A DNA stretch of 64,000 bases from Nemertoderma westbladi (taxonomy: Eukaryota; Animalia; Xenacoelomorpha). Positions 62,663-64,000 of this stretch are shown here, in pieces. The position numbers and the translations under genes are program-made. Within the stretch, counting starts at the first letter, position 1, and each line of letters begins with the position of its first letter. Below the pieces are notes generated by a model. That model ran no database searches. It was not told the origin of the DNA and saw only the letters and a list, made by a program, of their open reading frames with translations. Location of the stretch: NCBI GenBank assembly GCA_032718475.1, contig JAUCBJ010002641.1:1-64000 (forward strand). The letters run 5' to 3'.

Positions 62663-64000
62663 CTAATCCTTTGTCGAACGGGCTCGTCCCCGCCCTCTAA
62701 GACGATTGTGTGGTGGTCGAGATCGAACTGGGCTCGGACTTCAGCGTCGAGCTGTCGGTGGTTCTAAAACGCTAGGAAAGGGAACAACGGGAGTCTCGCA
62801 CGTCCATCGGGCGCTCAATCCTGTAAATCCTCGTCCGATTCCAATCATTCGTTTCGTAGTGTCGGACTGAGTCTTTGCAATGCTAGGAGGGAGTCTAAGG
62901 GGTGGGACCGTTCCGTCCGCTGACACCTGGCTCTCCAACATCGTCTGAAACCTCATAGGTTCCGGCAAAGCGTATCCTGTCCCTCCTCGTGGTTCTCTGG
63001 GAAGGGAAACTGTGTCCCGAGTCATCCGGATTTGCGACTTTGATGTCGTAATTTGATGTCGTTTGTTGGCGAAATTTACTACCTTCTTTATTTCCTGTTT
63101 ATATTCTGGGCTCTAAGTATACGAAGCTGCGGATCTTCCTGTGGATGACGTGTCCTTTCGGCTATCGGCTCTGAAGCCAGTCTCACGCAAAACGTCCGCC
63201 TCATCTAAGATACACGAGGTTACGCGTTTGTGATAAGATGCGCTCCAGTATGCCCTAGCTATCGAATACCAGGCTCCTCGATTCCGCTGTTCGACTCGCA
63301 ATTTATCGAACTCTCTGGCGGTAATCTTGTTCACCACAGTCTGAAAATTCCATGTGTTCTTATTGTCGGGGTGTATCTGTGAAAGTAGTCCCTAACAACC
63401 TTGAAGCCGCTATCCAACGGCAATATATCTAGCATCGTATTGACACGTACTGACACGTATCCTTCCTTCGATATGATGAGAGGGTTTACGGCCCAAAATC
63501 CCAAATGTGCTCTCATGGGGAAACGGCGTCGCTGTGTCGACACATGTTCGTCTGCTAGATTCTCCCAATGGTGGAATAGCTTTCGAATGATCTTAACTGA
63601 CATATGCTCATAGGGAACGTCCCTAAGTTGGCACTCGGATGCCCTATGACCTTTAATGTTGCAATATGTGCACTGAGCAACGAAACGCCAACAGGTGTAG
63701 AAAGTGTGCGAACGTTGATCCCCACACCAGTTGCACACTAATTCTGGTAGAGATATGGGTTTCGCTCCACATTTCTTTGCATGATGGCCAGTAGCCCGGC
63801 ATCTGCCACAAATGGTGTTGGCAGGATACCAAACTCGCTCATAGATGAGATCTCCAATGGGGCGAGCGCTACCGTCCACATGATAATTCTCATCATCTGG
63901 GTTAGTCGGTACGTTTGTCTCCGTAGGTTGTACACAAACCATGGCGTCGCTTTTCTCTAATTCGCGTATCTCGGTTCGCATCTTCCTCGGAAGGTTCTCC
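62663..64000 (-). pseudogene. Element D accessory ORF (triple CCHC knuckle protein), frameshifted in its C-terminal half
   Basis: GSARPIGDLIYERVWYP vs GSAKPIGDLIYERAWFP in C; three knuckles; CQLRD and GFWAV conserved; ends RLRGRGRARSTKD* at 62663. Confidence 0.82.

Larger units (their letters stand above)
42807..64000 (-). mobile_element. LTR element D (probably BEL/Pao, related to C): accessory ORF, 3' UTR and ~2.05-kb 3' LTR (62045-60510 plus 43317-42807), split by C
   Basis: Minus-strand GAGCGG|TGATG PPT/LTR junction at 62051-62041, as in B and C, preceded by a 9-bp stem. LTR end ..CAAACA at 42807. Its ORF is homologous to the accessory ORF of C. pol lies outside the window. Confidence 0.7.

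Overview
This is eukaryotic, most likely invertebrate, DNA made almost entirely of nested transposable elements; no host gene was recognised. There are two nests. Left nest (1-~42.4 kb): a CRE-clade non-LTR element with a Ulp1 protease (minus strand) is interrupted by an RTE and by a CR1/L2-group LINE. That LINE carries an LTR element (E), a piggyBac-type MITE, a Crypton-like element and a microsatellite-bearing element. E appears to host BEL/Pao element A, which hosts a second CR1/L2 LINE and the young BEL/Pao element B (open 2680-aa Gag-Pol, TSD GGTAT). Right nest (42.7-64 kb): a LINE fragment holds the 3' LTR of a minus-strand element D, and that LTR holds BEL/Pao element C (TSD TACTC). Four signals stand out. 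(1) B has no tRNA primer-binding site; the 14 nt directly after its LTR are the exact reverse complement of a sequence inside the LTR, suggesting Tf1-like self-priming in a BEL/Pao element. (2) C and D carry a large accessory ORF after pol with three CCHC zinc knuckles and an RG-rich tail. (3) C carries at least seven dispersed YGYG-tetraloop hairpins, and D has the same loop on a different stem. (4) The gag-pol ORFs of B and C are loaded with sense-strand 5' splice-site (U1) motifs. Family assignments come from motif recognition only; no database search was run.
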